Positions 27,954 to 38,287 of a DNA stretch of 64,000 bases are shown one piece after another. Position 1 is the stretch's first letter. Every line of letters starts with the position of its first letter. The DNA is from Lachnospiraceae bacterium UBA3632. Lineage in GTDB: Bacteria; Bacillota; Clostridia; Lachnospirales; Lachnospiraceae. The stretch lies in assembly GCA_002373975.1 (NCBI GenBank), contig DFKZ01000123.1:25967-89966 (forward strand), read 5' to 3'. The notes under the pieces are model-generated. The model was given only the letters and a program-made list of their open reading frames with translations, did no database searches and had not been told where the DNA came from. A program made the translations under genes and the position numbers.

Positions 27954-28862
27954 TTACATAAGAACCGATTTCGTTCCGTATACAACCCGGTCCAGGCCGG
28001 AATAATCCTTTACTATATTTACATCAATATATCCCTGTTTTTTCATAAGCGAAGATACATCTTCGCCCTGGTCAAATCCTATCTCAAAAAAGAGCATACC
28101 TCCGGGCGCAAGAAATGCAGCGGCTTGCGGTATGATCTTTTCATAAAAATATAATCCGTTATTTAATCCATCCAGAGCGATCAGGGGTTCATGGTCCTTG
28201 ACTTCCGGCTCAAGAGTTGCGATGACATCGCTCTTGATATAGGGCGGATTCGACACTATTATATCGAATCTGTCATCTTCTCTGTTTCTCTCTCTCAGGG
28301 GGTCAAAAAGATCACCCTGTATAAACTCTATCGCCGCTTTCTCTCCTGTCGGCCCATCGGTATCGCTCTCCGATACATTTAGGCTTCCGAGGATGCTTTC
28401 GGCATTCTCCCGTGCAAGAGCAAGGGCTTTTTCCGAGATATCGATCCCAACACCTTCGCAGTAATTGGAAAACTTTAGGAGACTTGTAAGGATGCATCCG
28501 CTTCCCGTGCACAGATCAAGGATACGGCTTCCATCCCTCAGGTTTCGAAGAACCTCCTCTACGAGTATCTCGGTATCCGGGCGGGGGATTAAAGCATCGG
28601 GTGTTATTTTAAAGTCAATCCCCATAAAACAGGTTTTTCCAAGAATGTGCTGTATGGGTTCTCTCTTCTTTCTTCTTTCCAGTGCGGCACGGAAATCCTC
28701 GGAATGGGACTCATCGATATTCTTTCCGGGCTCGGTCAGAATATCAATCCTCTTTATACCGAAATAAGCCTCCAAAAGCAGTCTCGCATTCTCCTCCGCC
28801 TCCGGAACATCCGCTGTATGCAGCTCATCTACCGTGTTTTTGTATATTTCCGCGACTGTCAT
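27954..28862 (-). CDS. prmC: Release factor glutamine methyltransferase
   Basis: [21 protein letters not shown]. Confidence 0.96.
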   Translation of the reverse strand: MTVAEIYKNTVDELHTADVPEAEENARLLLEAYFGIKRIDILTEPGKNIDESHSEDFRAALERRKKREPIQHILGKTCFMGIDFKITPDALIPRPDTEILVEEVLRNLRDGSRILDLCTGSGCILTSLLKFSNYCEGVGIDISEKALALARENAESILGSLNVSESDTDGPTGEKAAIEFIQGDLFDPLRERNREDDRFDIIVSNPPYIKSDVIATLEPEVKDHEPLIALDGLNNGLYFYEKIIPQAAAFLAPGGMLFFEIGFDQGEDVSSLMKKQGYIDVNIVKDYSGLDRVVYGTKSVLM

Positions 28863-29987
28863 TTAGTCCTCCCAGTCGTCCTCATCCGGCTCAAATTCCA
28901 TTTCCAGCTCGGGTCCCTCTTCCAGATCGTCATCATCCAGAACAGCAGCATCCAGATTTATCGAAGAAAACTCCTCACGGTCTTCCTTATAGTTTATCTT
29001 GATATGATCCTCCTCTTCCTCATCCTCACGTATCATAGCATCTGTTACTTCATAATCATATGCTTCCTTCAGATACGCTTTCCAGTCAAAAACTGCCTCA
29101 ACCGAAGCTATTGCAGCCTGGATCATATGCTTATCCGGTTCACGGGTAGTGATACGCTGAACCCATAACCCGGGAGCGGATATTATCGACAGGAAGATGC
29201 TGTCATATCTTCCTGCCAAACGGAGTATCTCATAAGATATACCGGCTATTACAGGCATTATAGCCACTCTGACGACCATGCGCAGCCACAGGGCATCAAA
29301 TCTTAAAAAGATGAAAAGGATAACGCTTACCATAGCTACGATGAATATGAAGCTTGTACCGCAGCGCTTGTGATAGCGTGAACTCCTTGCCACATTTCTG
29401 ACACTCAGGATCCTTCCCCTCTCAAGGCAGTTAATACATTTATGCTCTGCCCCATGGTAGGCAAATATCCTTCGTATGTCTTTAAGCGAGCTTATCAGAA
29501 TAAGATACAAAAGAAGTATAAGTATACGTATCACGCCCTCTATGATCGCGTTAAGTGAATCATTTCTGACAAACTTTTCAAAATATGTGGCTATATAAGT
29601 GGGCAGAATAACAAAGATTCCCACCGCAAGAATAACGGACAGTATTCCGACTATCACACCGCCGGCGCTTTTCTTTGTATCGTTGTGAACTCTTTTGGAA
29701 TCCCTGCGGGCTTCTTTTTCCGCTTCGGAATCGTAAAACGAGACAGCGTAATTCATTGTTCTCATTCCGAGGATAACGCTGTCAAGAAAGTTTACCACTC
29801 CACGTACAAAGGGGATGCGGTCGGTCTTTCCTTTGGTCAGGCCGGAATAGTGTTCTACTTCGACGGTGAGGTTTCCATCGGGTTTTCTGACGGCAACAGC
29901 ATACTTTTCGCCGTTTTTCATCATGACGCCCTCAAGAACAGCCTGTCCGCCAATTCCGGAGTATCCTTTTTTTGCTGCTTCTTCCAT
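28863..29987 (-). CDS. DUF1385 (YqhQ-like) membrane protein with acidic tail
   Basis: GGQAVLEGVMM, YHGAEHKCIN and RCGTSF; conserved position between rpmE and prmC. Confidence 0.9.
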   Translation of the reverse strand: MEEAAKKGYSGIGGQAVLEGVMMKNGEKYAVAVRKPDGNLTVEVEHYSGLTKGKTDRIPFVRGVVNFLDSVILGMRTMNYAVSFYDSEAEKEARRDSKRVHNDTKKSAGGVIVGILSVILAVGIFVILPTYIATYFEKFVRNDSLNAIIEGVIRILILLLYLILISSLKDIRRIFAYHGAEHKCINCLERGRILSVRNVARSSRYHKRCGTSFIFIVAMVSVILFIFLRFDALWLRMVVRVAIMPVIAGISYEILRLAGRYDSIFLSIISAPGLWVQRITTREPDKHMIQAAIASVEAVFDWKAYLKEAYDYEVTDAMIREDEEEEDHIKINYKEDREEFSSINLDAAVLDDDDLEEGPELEMEFEPDEDDWED

Positions 29988-29997
29988 AACTAACCTC

Positions 29998-30028
29998 AAA
30001 AAAAGGGTTGAGGTTTACCCTCAACCCG
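29998..30028 (-). terminator. Terminator after rpmE
   Basis: GGGTTGAGG-tttac-CCTCAACCC with an A-run. Confidence 0.75.
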
Positions 30029-30040
30029 TAGATGATCGAT

Positions 30041-30241
30041 TTATTTAAGTCCGTACTTCTTGTTGAACTTATCGATACGTCCGTCTGCTCTGACGTTCTT
30101 CTGCTGACCGGTGTAGAACGAGTGGCACTTGGAGCAAACCTCGACGTGAATCTCGGGCTTGGTTGAGCCGGTCACGAAGGTGTTGCCGCAGTTGCAGGTA
30201 ACGGTCGCCTGGTAGTACTCGGGATGAATTCCTTCTTTCAT
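30041..30241 (-). CDS. rpmE: 50S ribosomal protein L31 (zinc-binding type)
   Basis: MKEGIHPEY...CNCG...[10 protein letters not shown]; GAGGTG RBS. Confidence 0.98.
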   Translation of the reverse strand: MKEGIHPEYYQATVTCNCGNTFVTGSTKPEIHVEVCSKCHSFYTGQQKNVRADGRIDKFNKKYGLK

Positions 30242-30379
30242 TATTTTCACCTCTCTATAAAAAAGAATATTATGCGTTTTTAACCCGCACTGCCTATGCA
30301 ACCACAGACAGCTATACAACTATACCATAAGAAACCCTCTCATGCAAGCGGTTTTTTATTTTTTCGTATAATCCGCAGC

Positions 30380-31870
30380 CTACAGGAATTTGTTGGACTT
30401 TACAAGTCTGACGAAATCCTGATTATTCCTTGTCTTGGAGAACATATCCAGGATGCGGTCAGTGGCCTCATCGGGCTTTAATCCGTTCAGTGCCTTACGC
30501 ATTATGGTGATTGCCTCAAGCTCATCCTTATCCATAAGAAGATCTTCTCTTCTCGTGCCGGATTTTGCAAGATCGATCGCAGGGAAAATCCTTCTCTCGG
30601 AAAGCTTACGGTCAAGCACTATTTCCATATTACCGGTACCTTTAAACTCCTCGTATACCACATCATCCATCTTGCTTCCGGTCTCCACAAGAGCCGTGGC
30701 AAGCACGGTGAGGCTTCCGCCCTCACGCATATTTCTTGCTGCACCGAAAAACCTCTTGGGCATATGAAGCGCAGCGGGATCAAGACCACCCGAAAGCGTC
30801 CTTCCGCTGGGAGGAATAACCTGGTTATATGCTCTGGTGAGCCTTGTGATGGAATCCAGAAGGATCACAACATCTTCATTCTGTTCAACAAGACGCCTTG
30901 CTCTCTCTATTACCATCTCTGCAACGCGAATGTGATGCTCGGGCTGCTCATCAAAAGTTGAATATATAACTTCAACGTTCTTGCCGATTATAGCTTCTTT
31001 TATGTCCGTAACTTCCTCGGGGCGCTCATCGATAAGAAGGATTATCATATGTGTCTCGGGATCGTTGGCAAGCATAGAATGGGCAATCTCTTTGAGGAGA
31101 GTTGTCTTGCCGGCTTTCGGCGGCGACACTATCATTCCTCTCTGACCGTATCCCACAGGGCTAACCAGATCCATTGCTCTCATGGCGACTTTACATCCCG
31201 GAGTCTCGAGTTTGATCCTCTTATCGGGGAAGATCGGTGTCATATTCTCGAAATTCACCCTCTTTACGGCGTCTTTAGCAGGTCTGTTGTTGACCATTTC
31301 AAGATATGAAAGAGGACTGAATTTTTCCTTTTCTCCTTTTGCGCGCTTTACACCGGTGAGTACATCTCCGGTACGGAGCCTGAAAGCCCTGATCTGCTGG
31401 GGCGATACGTAGATATCGTTCTCCCCGGGCAGATAATTGTCGCTTCTGATGAAGCCGAATCCGTCAGGCATAACTTCAAGTATACCTGTGGCTGCCTGAT
31501 CGCCCTCCTGGGGAACATATCCTTCGTTTGTGGTATTCTGGCGCTGAGTGCCCGCCTGTGCTTCGGCATTCTGGGCATACGTCTCCTCGGCATTCTTTGC
31601 CTCCACTTTAGAAGCCTTCTTACGCTCCGAAGCAGATGTATCCACTTCTTCGATAACAGCGTCTTTGGAGGGTTTGTCACCTCTGTAAACTATCACCTTG
31701 CTCTTTTCCGCTGCCACAGCCGCCGCTTCTGCCTCTTTACGCCTGGCATCCTCAGCGATGAGCGCATCGACAAGAGCCTCTTTCTTGAGCCCTGAAACGC
31801 CTTTTACCCCGCCCGCCTTGGCAAGTGCCTTCAATTCGGTAAGCGGAAGCGATAATAGTTTTTCTCTCAT
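30380..31870 (-). CDS. rho: Transcription termination factor Rho with N-terminal insertion
   Basis: GFGFIRS, PPKAGKT, LIDERPEEVTD, SGTRREDLL. Confidence 0.98.
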   Translation of the reverse strand: MREKLLSLPLTELKALAKAGGVKGVSGLKKEALVDALIAEDARRKEAEAAAVAAEKSKVIVYRGDKPSKDAVIEEVDTSASERKKASKVEAKNAEETYAQNAEAQAGTQRQNTTNEGYVPQEGDQAATGILEVMPDGFGFIRSDNYLPGENDIYVSPQQIRAFRLRTGDVLTGVKRAKGEKEKFSPLSYLEMVNNRPAKDAVKRVNFENMTPIFPDKRIKLETPGCKVAMRAMDLVSPVGYGQRGMIVSPPKAGKTTLLKEIAHSMLANDPETHMIILLIDERPEEVTDIKEAIIGKNVEVIYSTFDEQPEHHIRVAEMVIERARRLVEQNEDVVILLDSITRLTRAYNQVIPPSGRTLSGGLDPAALHMPKRFFGAARNMREGGSLTVLATALVETGSKMDDVVYEEFKGTGNMEIVLDRKLSERRIFPAIDLAKSGTRREDLLMDKDELEAITIMRKALNGLKPDEATDRILDMFSKTRNNQDFVRLVKSNKFL

Positions 31871-32153
31871 AAATAATTACTGACCTTTCAATAAAACTAA
31901 AACTGTTGATTCCTGCATAAAAAAGGGAAATACCGGTTCTGATTGAATATCAAAGAATCATATCACCTGATTGGCAAACACGCGGCCACGCCGCCTGTTT
32001 AGGGTTATGATATCACAAGGGTTCCTAAAATACAATAAGCAAATTACCACTGTGCACAAATTACCATGAAGCTTTTTTTGTGGTATACTCATTACATTGG
32101 TATGAAAATAGATTGTTTTCCGGCTGAAAGCCGAAAGGACAGGTATTACCGGC

Positions 32154-32888
32154 ATGCACATTGCTATCTGTGACGACAATATAGCCGACCGTAAACAGAC
32201 TGAGCGTCTGATAAAACGTGAAGCCGACAAAGTGATCTCCCGGGGCGGCACACTTTATTTCGAATCGTTTGGAAATTGCGAATCGCTGCTTTTCACCCCT
32301 ATGCAATACGATCTGTTTATTATAGATGTAAGAAACACTCCCGGTACAAACTCTTTTGAAACCGCCGAAAAACTGCGGGATAAAGGCGTCGGATCGCCCA
32401 TTTGCATTATGTATATGCGTGATGAGGGTATCCCCTGTATTCCGGATCACCTGTCGGATGAAAACAGGTGTGCCGATGATCCGGGTCTGTTATTTCTTGC
32501 CAAGCCTGTGCGTCCTGAAGAGCTTTCATCTCTTATTTCCCGTGTCGAACAGATATGTGAGAGCAAAGAGTCTCAGATAGAGCTTCGCGGCGAGTTCGAC
32601 ACATTATATGTATCCCCGGGGGATATCCTCTACGCCGAAAGATCGGGGCTTCACACTCTTGTAACCCTTTCAACGGGCAAGACCTTCGAAACCAGCAGCG
32701 ATGTATCCACCCTTTTTGATGAAATAAAAGAAGAGCATCTCTCTTTCGTGATGCCCTCCGTTAATTATCTTATCAATATCGACCACATAGCCTCGCTTCG
32801 CTTTCACACCGCGCAAATGAAAGATAACAGGTGTTTTAAGATCGGCGGTCAGATACTCAAATATGTAAAAGCCTATCTGTCGGATTAA
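32154..32888 (+). CDS. Orphan REC-LytTR response regulator
   Basis: IAICDD, DLFIID and KP receiver motifs; ILYAE and YLINIDHI LytTR motifs. Confidence 0.8.
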   Translation: MHIAICDDNIADRKQTERLIKREADKVISRGGTLYFESFGNCESLLFTPMQYDLFIIDVRNTPGTNSFETAEKLRDKGVGSPICIMYMRDEGIPCIPDHLSDENRCADDPGLLFLAKPVRPEELSSLISRVEQICESKESQIELRGEFDTLYVSPGDILYAERSGLHTLVTLSTGKTFETSSDVSTLFDEIKEEHLSFVMPSVNYLINIDHIASLRFHTAQMKDNRCFKIGGQILKYVKAYLSD

Positions 32889-33796
32889 ACTGTGACTATT
32901 ACCCCTCCGTCATTCGCATAGAGTGAGTTAAGTCCTCTTGTATCCAGAATTATGACCTCTCTGAAGCTGTCTCTCGCAAGGATCAGTTCCTTGACCATCT
33001 CGGCCTTATCCGGAGCATTACAGTGAGAAATCATAAGTGCTCTGCATTCTTTATCCTGAACTTCATTATGTACCGCATCTGCCAGCTTTCCAAATGTTTT
33101 CTTAAGTCCGATACCCTGGGATTTCTGAACTATAGATCCTTTATCTCCCGCCATGAGCGGTTTGATATTCAGAGTGGACGCCACAAATGCCTTGATTCCT
33201 GTCAATCTGCCGTTCTTTCTGAGTGTCTCAAGATTATCCAGAACGAAAAGAGTGTGCATATTGTCGCGGAATTCCTCTACAGTCTCGACGATATCTTCAA
33301 AGGAATAGCCCTTTTCTTCCATCATCACTATAAGCGAGAACAGCTGAGTTTCACCCACGCTGGTGGAGAGGGAATCGAAAACATGTATTTTCTTATCCCC
33401 GTACTTTTCATGATAAAGATTCACGGCAAGACTGGCGCTGTTATAGCTGCCTGAAAGCTTGGACGAGATGGTGAGGCAGTAAACATGGTCAGCCCCCGTC
33501 TTATATGTCTCTCTGTAGGTTTCCGGCGAAGGGCATGCAGATTTGGCGCATTCGCTGGACTCCGCAACTTTTCTTAAGAACTCTTTCTGGTCAAAGGTTT
33601 CATCATCTATTATGGTCTGATCCTCGACATAGAGTATCATGGGAACATTCTGAAACCTTTCATCTCCTCTGAAAGATACCGGAAATTCGCAACAGCTGTC
33701 CGCTACGATCTTGTAATTCCTGTTTTTATAATTATCGGGGCTGTCCATCTTCATTCCCGATCCGGATAATTCTTTGAGAACTGAAATATAATCCAT
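32885..33796 (-). CDS. DegV family fatty-acid binding protein
   Basis: IVADSC, SACPSP, ISSKLSGSYNSA, LRKNGRL. Confidence 0.93.
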   Translation of the reverse strand: MDYISVLKELSGSGMKMDSPDNYKNRNYKIVADSCCEFPVSFRGDERFQNVPMILYVEDQTIIDDETFDQKEFLRKVAESSECAKSACPSPETYRETYKTGADHVYCLTISSKLSGSYNSASLAVNLYHEKYGDKKIHVFDSLSTSVGETQLFSLIVMMEEKGYSFEDIVETVEEFRDNMHTLFVLDNLETLRKNGRLTGIKAFVASTLNIKPLMAGDKGSIVQKSQGIGLKKTFGKLADAVHNEVQDKECRALMISHCNAPDKAEMVKELILARDSFREVIILDTRGLNSLYANDGGVIVTV

Positions 33797-33956
33797 AATG
33801 ATCCTCTCCGTGCAAATGATTACTGCTTATCAATAAAACATTCTATCACAGTAATAAAATAAAAGACAATATAAGGCGTAAAAAGGTTATAGTTTTTTAA
33901 TAATTGTGCTAAACTGATATAAATATGATCACAAAAATTAAAAGGGGGCACACAAA

Positions 33957-34454
33957 TTGATCGCTTTAGGAGTAAAAGACGTAAAAGGCTTTATGAACGG
34001 AATGCTGGCAGGGAACCTGTTTGATCCCTTCCTTATGATAGAGGGAATGCTTGTTGTCTCCGTAACATACTCTTTCGACGGGCACATCAATTACGACTTC
34101 TATCCCGAAGAAGAACGGGACAATGCTAAAACCTACGAATTCCAACCCTGGAGCGAGTTCAGGAAGACTGCCCTGGAACTAATAAAAGGCAGGAATTCAC
34201 CCATACTCGTAAAGTTTATGTTTATGCTCAAACCCGACAAAGCTTTGGAAATGCTGTCAAAAGAGTCACCGAAGGAGGATTTTTCCTCCCTTAAGGGGCT
34301 GCTTGTAAGCATGAAATATGAAAACGGTGCCATAACCCTCACAACAGGCACCTCTTACGATACCTTTGTTCCGGGTCATGACACCGACCGTTTATGGGAC
34401 AGTAATATCAGAAAATACTTCTCCGCAAAAGGGATCGATCTTGATCTTCTTTAG
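33957..34454 (+). CDS. Conserved Lachnospiraceae protein (DUF5721-like)
   Basis: MIAL..KDVK.FM..L...FD.F, FDGHIN.DFY, LIKG..P and TTGTSY pattern; TTG start. Confidence 0.65.
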   Translation: MIALGVKDVKGFMNGMLAGNLFDPFLMIEGMLVVSVTYSFDGHINYDFYPEEERDNAKTYEFQPWSEFRKTALELIKGRNSPILVKFMFMLKPDKALEMLSKESPKEDFSSLKGLLVSMKYENGAITLTTGTSYDTFVPGHDTDRLWDSNIRKYFSAKGIDLDLL

Positions 34455-34819
34455 ACTTCCGCAATTATCTCTATCTCACAGAGCACTCCTTTGGGAATAT
34501 CCTTTACTGCAACGCAGCTTCTGGCGGGAGCACTAGTGAAGTATTTCGCATACACCGCATTAAAAGCGGCAAAATCCCCTATATCGGCCAAAAAGCATGT
34601 AGTCTTGACAACATTATCAAAGCTGCTGCCGGCAGCCTTAAGCAGCTCGCCTATATTTTTACATACCTGCTCGGTCTGAGCCTCAATACCGGAAGGTATC
34701 TCTCCTGTGGCGGGATCCACCGGGATCTGACCGGAAGCATATAAAAGATCACCTGTAATTTTTGCCTGTGAATAAGGTCCGATAGCTGCCGGCGCCTTAT
34801 CAGTACTGATTGTCTTCAT
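34451..34819 (-). CDS. RidA/YjgF enamine deaminase
   Basis: APAAIGPYSQ, SGQIP, PARSCV, EIEIIA. Confidence 0.95.
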   Translation of the reverse strand: MKTISTDKAPAAIGPYSQAKITGDLLYASGQIPVDPATGEIPSGIEAQTEQVCKNIGELLKAAGSSFDNVVKTTCFLADIGDFAAFNAVYAKYFTSAPARSCVAVKDIPKGVLCEIEIIAEV

Positions 34820-34833
34820 TAAGCGGTTCCTCC

Positions 34834-35076
34834 TTAGTCTTCAAATTCAGCTTCTACATAAAATCCACGATCATTATGGATTATCTCTTTAATAACGCCT
34901 TCCTTTGCGAGCAGCCTTTCCGTGAAAGGTATATTAGGCGACATAGCAAGGAACGGGTCTTCTTCTATCCCGATAGAATAAAAATAATTGCTCGGAAGAG
35001 AACCCTCCGTAACTATCACCCGCTGCCCTTCCTTTAGTTTTCCCGGGCGTTCCATTTTAAAAGTGATACTTCTCAT
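34834..35076 (-). CDS. Small hypothetical protein
   Basis: 80-aa ORF starting 1 bp after the trpS stop, upstream of the RidA gene. Confidence 0.6.
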   Translation of the reverse strand: MRSITFKMERPGKLKEGQRVIVTEGSLPSNYFYSIGIEEDPFLAMSPNIPFTERLLAKEGVIKEIIHNDRGFYVEAEFED

Positions 35077-35077
35077 A

Positions 35078-36187
35078 TCAATCCTTGCTTCCGCTGTATT
35101 TTTCACTCTGAGCACGGATCAGCTCCGCGTCGTCGAAATAATTGATCCTCATTGCAGCCTTTACTTCCGCAAGAGTCTGCGTGGCAGTCTCGCGGGCTTT
35201 TTCGCTTCCCTTTTTAAGGATATCATAGATCGCGGGAATATCCTTTTCCAGTTCATGTCTGCGCACGCGGATCGGCTCTAAGGTCTCCTGCATGATCTCA
35301 TTAAGGAACTTTTTGCACTTAACATCACCCAAGCCGCCTCTTGTATAATGCGCCTTCATCTCTTCAAGATTGGCATAATCGGGAAGATATCTCTCAAAGT
35401 GCTCATCGCGGCAGAAGGCATCAAGATAAGTAAATACCACGTTTCCTTCAAGATGTCCGGGATCCGATACCTGTAAATGCTGAGGATCGGTGAACATCTT
35501 CTTCATGATCTTTTCTTTTACGTCATCTGCCGTGTCGGACAGATAGATGCAGTTCCCGAGGGATTTGCTCATCTTGGCGTTTCCGTCCACTCCGGGCAGC
35601 CTCTTGCAGCTCTCGTTCTCGGGTATAAGAGCCTCGCAGTCCACCAGAACAGGCTTATCGGGCGAGTAGATGAAGTTGAATCTCTGCACGATCTCCTTGG
35701 TCTGCTCTATCATGGGAAGCTGGTCCACTCCGACAGGCACGGTCGTTGCCTTAAATGCGGTAATATCCGCTGCCTGGCTGATAGGGTAAGTAAAGAATCC
35801 CACGGGTATGCTGGTCTCGAAATTTCTGAGCTGAATCTCGTTTTTAACGGTAGGATTACGCTGAAGTCTCGATACGGTCACAAGATTAGAATAGAAAAAT
35901 GTGAGCTCGGTAAGCTCCGGGATCTGGGACTGTACCAGGATGGTGGACTTTTCGGGATCTATTCCCGCAGAAATATAATCAAGCGCCACCTCTATGATAT
36001 TCGCACGTACTTTATCGGGATTGTCAAAATTATCCGTAAGAGCCTGCGCATCCGCTATCATGATAAATATCTTGTCGAACTCCCCGCTGTTCTGAAGCTC
36101 GACACGTCTGCGAAGTGATCCCACATAATGTCCGATATGTAATCTGCCTGTAGGTCTGTCGCCTGTAAGGATTATCTTGTTTGCCAT
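35078..36187 (-). CDS. trpS: Tryptophan--tRNA ligase
   Basis: [25 protein letters not shown]. Confidence 0.98.
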   Translation of the reverse strand: MANKIILTGDRPTGRLHIGHYVGSLRRRVELQNSGEFDKIFIMIADAQALTDNFDNPDKVRANIIEVALDYISAGIDPEKSTILVQSQIPELTELTFFYSNLVTVSRLQRNPTVKNEIQLRNFETSIPVGFFTYPISQAADITAFKATTVPVGVDQLPMIEQTKEIVQRFNFIYSPDKPVLVDCEALIPENESCKRLPGVDGNAKMSKSLGNCIYLSDTADDVKEKIMKKMFTDPQHLQVSDPGHLEGNVVFTYLDAFCRDEHFERYLPDYANLEEMKAHYTRGGLGDVKCKKFLNEIMQETLEPIRVRRHELEKDIPAIYDILKKGSEKARETATQTLAEVKAAMRINYFDDAELIRAQSEKYSGSKD

Positions 36188-36272
36188 TTTGCCAACTCAC
36201 TTTCTCTGAAATATCTTATAAATTGTAACATGCATACTCTGAGCAGTCAAAGAAATAATGACTGTTATTATA

Positions 36273-37289
36273 TCAGTCGGAATTTGGTCCCATAAGTGAC
36301 AGAATAAGGGTTTCAACCCCCAGCCTGTCTGATATACGTCCCATTTTTATGTCCTCGTCGGTCTGGACAGTTCTTTCAAATATCGCTCTGAGGGCTTTAG
36401 AACTGTAACGTGAAGCCCGGGTCATATACTTTCCGATAAAATAGCGATTAATACCGCATTTATCCGCTATCTCCGCCGGCTGTCCTCCATCGTCCCTGAG
36501 AAGCCTTATCTGCAGAAGCTGATTATACTGTTTTTCCATGAGTGCCAGCAGTTTGATCGGAGGTTCCTTTAAGGCCATCAGATCGTAATACAGATCCATC
36601 GCTTTTTTTGCATCTCTGTCGGCGATGGCATCGATCAGTTCAAATATCCTGTCTTCGACGTTCCTCGAGCACACTGCTTCAACATCTTCATTGGTAATGA
36701 TATCCGAGTCCATCTTATAAGTGACAAGTTTTTCGAGCTCACACCGAAGCATTCCCATATTGTTTCCGGTCTTGTCAAGAATCAGGTCCGCGGTCTCGAG
36801 AGTGGCTTTCTTTCCCTCTTTTTTGAGGAAAGAGCCTATGATCCCCCTTAGCACTTCCCTGCTCTGCTCATCGATCTGCGCCGCTATTCCTTTGTTTTTT
36901 ACAGTCTTATAAAGCTTTGTTCTCTCGTCAACTTCGCTTTCGTAAAAAACAAAAACGGTAGTTTCGCAGGGGTTTTCAAGGTAATCTGCCAGCTGATCGC
37001 CCCCGGATTTAAAGAGCCCCGTATCTTCAAGAACCGTAACGCGCCTATCGGCAAACATAGGAAGGGTTTCCGCCTGATCGATCAGTGCACCTATGTTAAG
37101 GCCTTTACCCTCGTAAAAATCACTGTTCATGTCGCCCCTTTTGGCGCCATACTGCTTGAGGATGATATCGAAATACTGTTTTCTTAAGTATCTCTCCTCG
37201 CCATAGAGCAGGATCATGGAGGGAAGTTCTTTTGACCGTATGGCTTTTTTCAGGTTTTCAAATGATGCCTGCGCGTCTTTAGTCTTCAT
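36273..37289 (-). CDS. holA: DNA polymerase III delta subunit
   Basis: LLYGEERYL, TLPMFADRRV, ELEKL, IFELIDAI, DEDIKMG. Confidence 0.93.
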   Translation of the reverse strand: MKTKDAQASFENLKKAIRSKELPSMILLYGEERYLRKQYFDIILKQYGAKRGDMNSDFYEGKGLNIGALIDQAETLPMFADRRVTVLEDTGLFKSGGDQLADYLENPCETTVFVFYESEVDERTKLYKTVKNKGIAAQIDEQSREVLRGIIGSFLKKEGKKATLETADLILDKTGNNMGMLRCELEKLVTYKMDSDIITNEDVEAVCSRNVEDRIFELIDAIADRDAKKAMDLYYDLMALKEPPIKLLALMEKQYNQLLQIRLLRDDGGQPAEIADKCGINRYFIGKYMTRASRYSSKALRAIFERTVQTDEDIKMGRISDRLGVETLILSLMGPNSD

Positions 37290-38287
37290 TCGCTGCTCTC
37301 CGCCTGATTGTCTTCACCGGATTCGGTCTCCAGGGTAGTCACTATATCTTCATTCTTTTCAAATGAAACCGCCGACAGAACCGCTGGGACCTCACCGTTT
37401 ACAAGAATCTGGACCCTGTCTATTCCCGGCAGTTCCGTAAGAGCGTTAACTATTGAATATGCCGCCATCTCCGTCGGAACATTTCCCACCGTAACCGTGA
37501 ACCCTGCATCCAGATTCACATAGCACACACCATCACTGGTGCTGACTCCGATAATGTTTGTATCGGGGTTGATGGTCGGATACAGACCCTCGATCTGCCC
37601 GCTGGGACCGGCTATGGTCTCTTCTACCACAAACAGTTCAAGCGGAACATTGGTTGAATAGAATTTATCCCTGTATGCCCCTATCAGTCCGGTGGCATCC
37701 TTATTCGCAAAATACAGCTTCACCACCACTTCGTCATAAGTGTTGATGGCATTGCCGTCGTTATATATAAAAGTCTTGGCATTCATTCCGCCCACACTTT
37801 TGCCCATATTATCGTTAAGCGGTTCTCCCTCCACCGTAAAATAGATGTACCTGATGCCCTTTACCCCCAGAAGAGTCTTTACTATGGCTGCTCTCACCAG
37901 GACTTCCGTAGAAACATCCATTTTCTCGTATCCGGAATCAAAATCAAGAACGAGGCTCGAGTCACTGACGGTGTATCCAAGCAAAGAAAAACCCTTTGCA
38001 AGAGGTGCCCTGTACTTTATGTCGTCCGGAACAGACGAAAGAGATTCCAGCAAACTCTCGATATCCTTGTCCTTTTCTCCGGTGAGTTCATAGCCGGCCC
38101 CTACAGATTCAAGCTTTGTCTCTGATGCGGAAAGATAAAAAACCTCCGCACCGGTGCCGCGGTTTTCTTTCTTTTCTCCGCATGCCGCAAGGCTGAGCAT
38201 TGCTGTTGTTAAAATTACGCATGTTATCGCGGATGATCCGGATAAAATAATATGCTTTATTCTATTTACTATACCTGATCTTTCCAA
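37286..38287 (-). CDS. GerMN-domain lipoprotein (two GerMN domains)
   Basis: Lipobox LAAC; AAIVKTL...FTVEGEP and SIVNALTELPGIDRVQILVNG. Confidence 0.88.
   Translation of the reverse strand: MERSGIVNRIKHIILSGSSAITCVILTTAMLSLAACGEKKENRGTGAEVFYLSASETKLESVGAGYELTGEKDKDIESLLESLSSVPDDIKYRAPLAKGFSLLGYTVSDSSLVLDFDSGYEKMDVSTEVLVRAAIVKTLLGVKGIRYIYFTVEGEPLNDNMGKSVGGMNAKTFIYNDGNAINTYDEVVVKLYFANKDATGLIGAYRDKFYSTNVPLELFVVEETIAGPSGQIEGLYPTINPDTNIIGVSTSDGVCYVNLDAGFTVTVGNVPTEMAAYSIVNALTELPGIDRVQILVNGEVPAVLSAVSFEKNEDIVTTLETESGEDNQAESSE

Noticed and set aside
26858-27985. Extended N-termini in the ORF track (prfA here; also thrS, rpmE, the ABC ATPase, GH13 and mraY)
   Set aside because: Downstream ATGs match family N-termini, and most have a clear RBS.
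31440-31720. Rho N-terminal low-complexity insertion
   Set aside because: Such insertions are common in Rho from Firmicutes, Actinobacteria and Bacteroidetes.
31958-32450. Minus-strand ORFs upstream of rho
   Set aside because: They overlap the LytTR gene antisense and the promoter region, and show no recognisable motifs.
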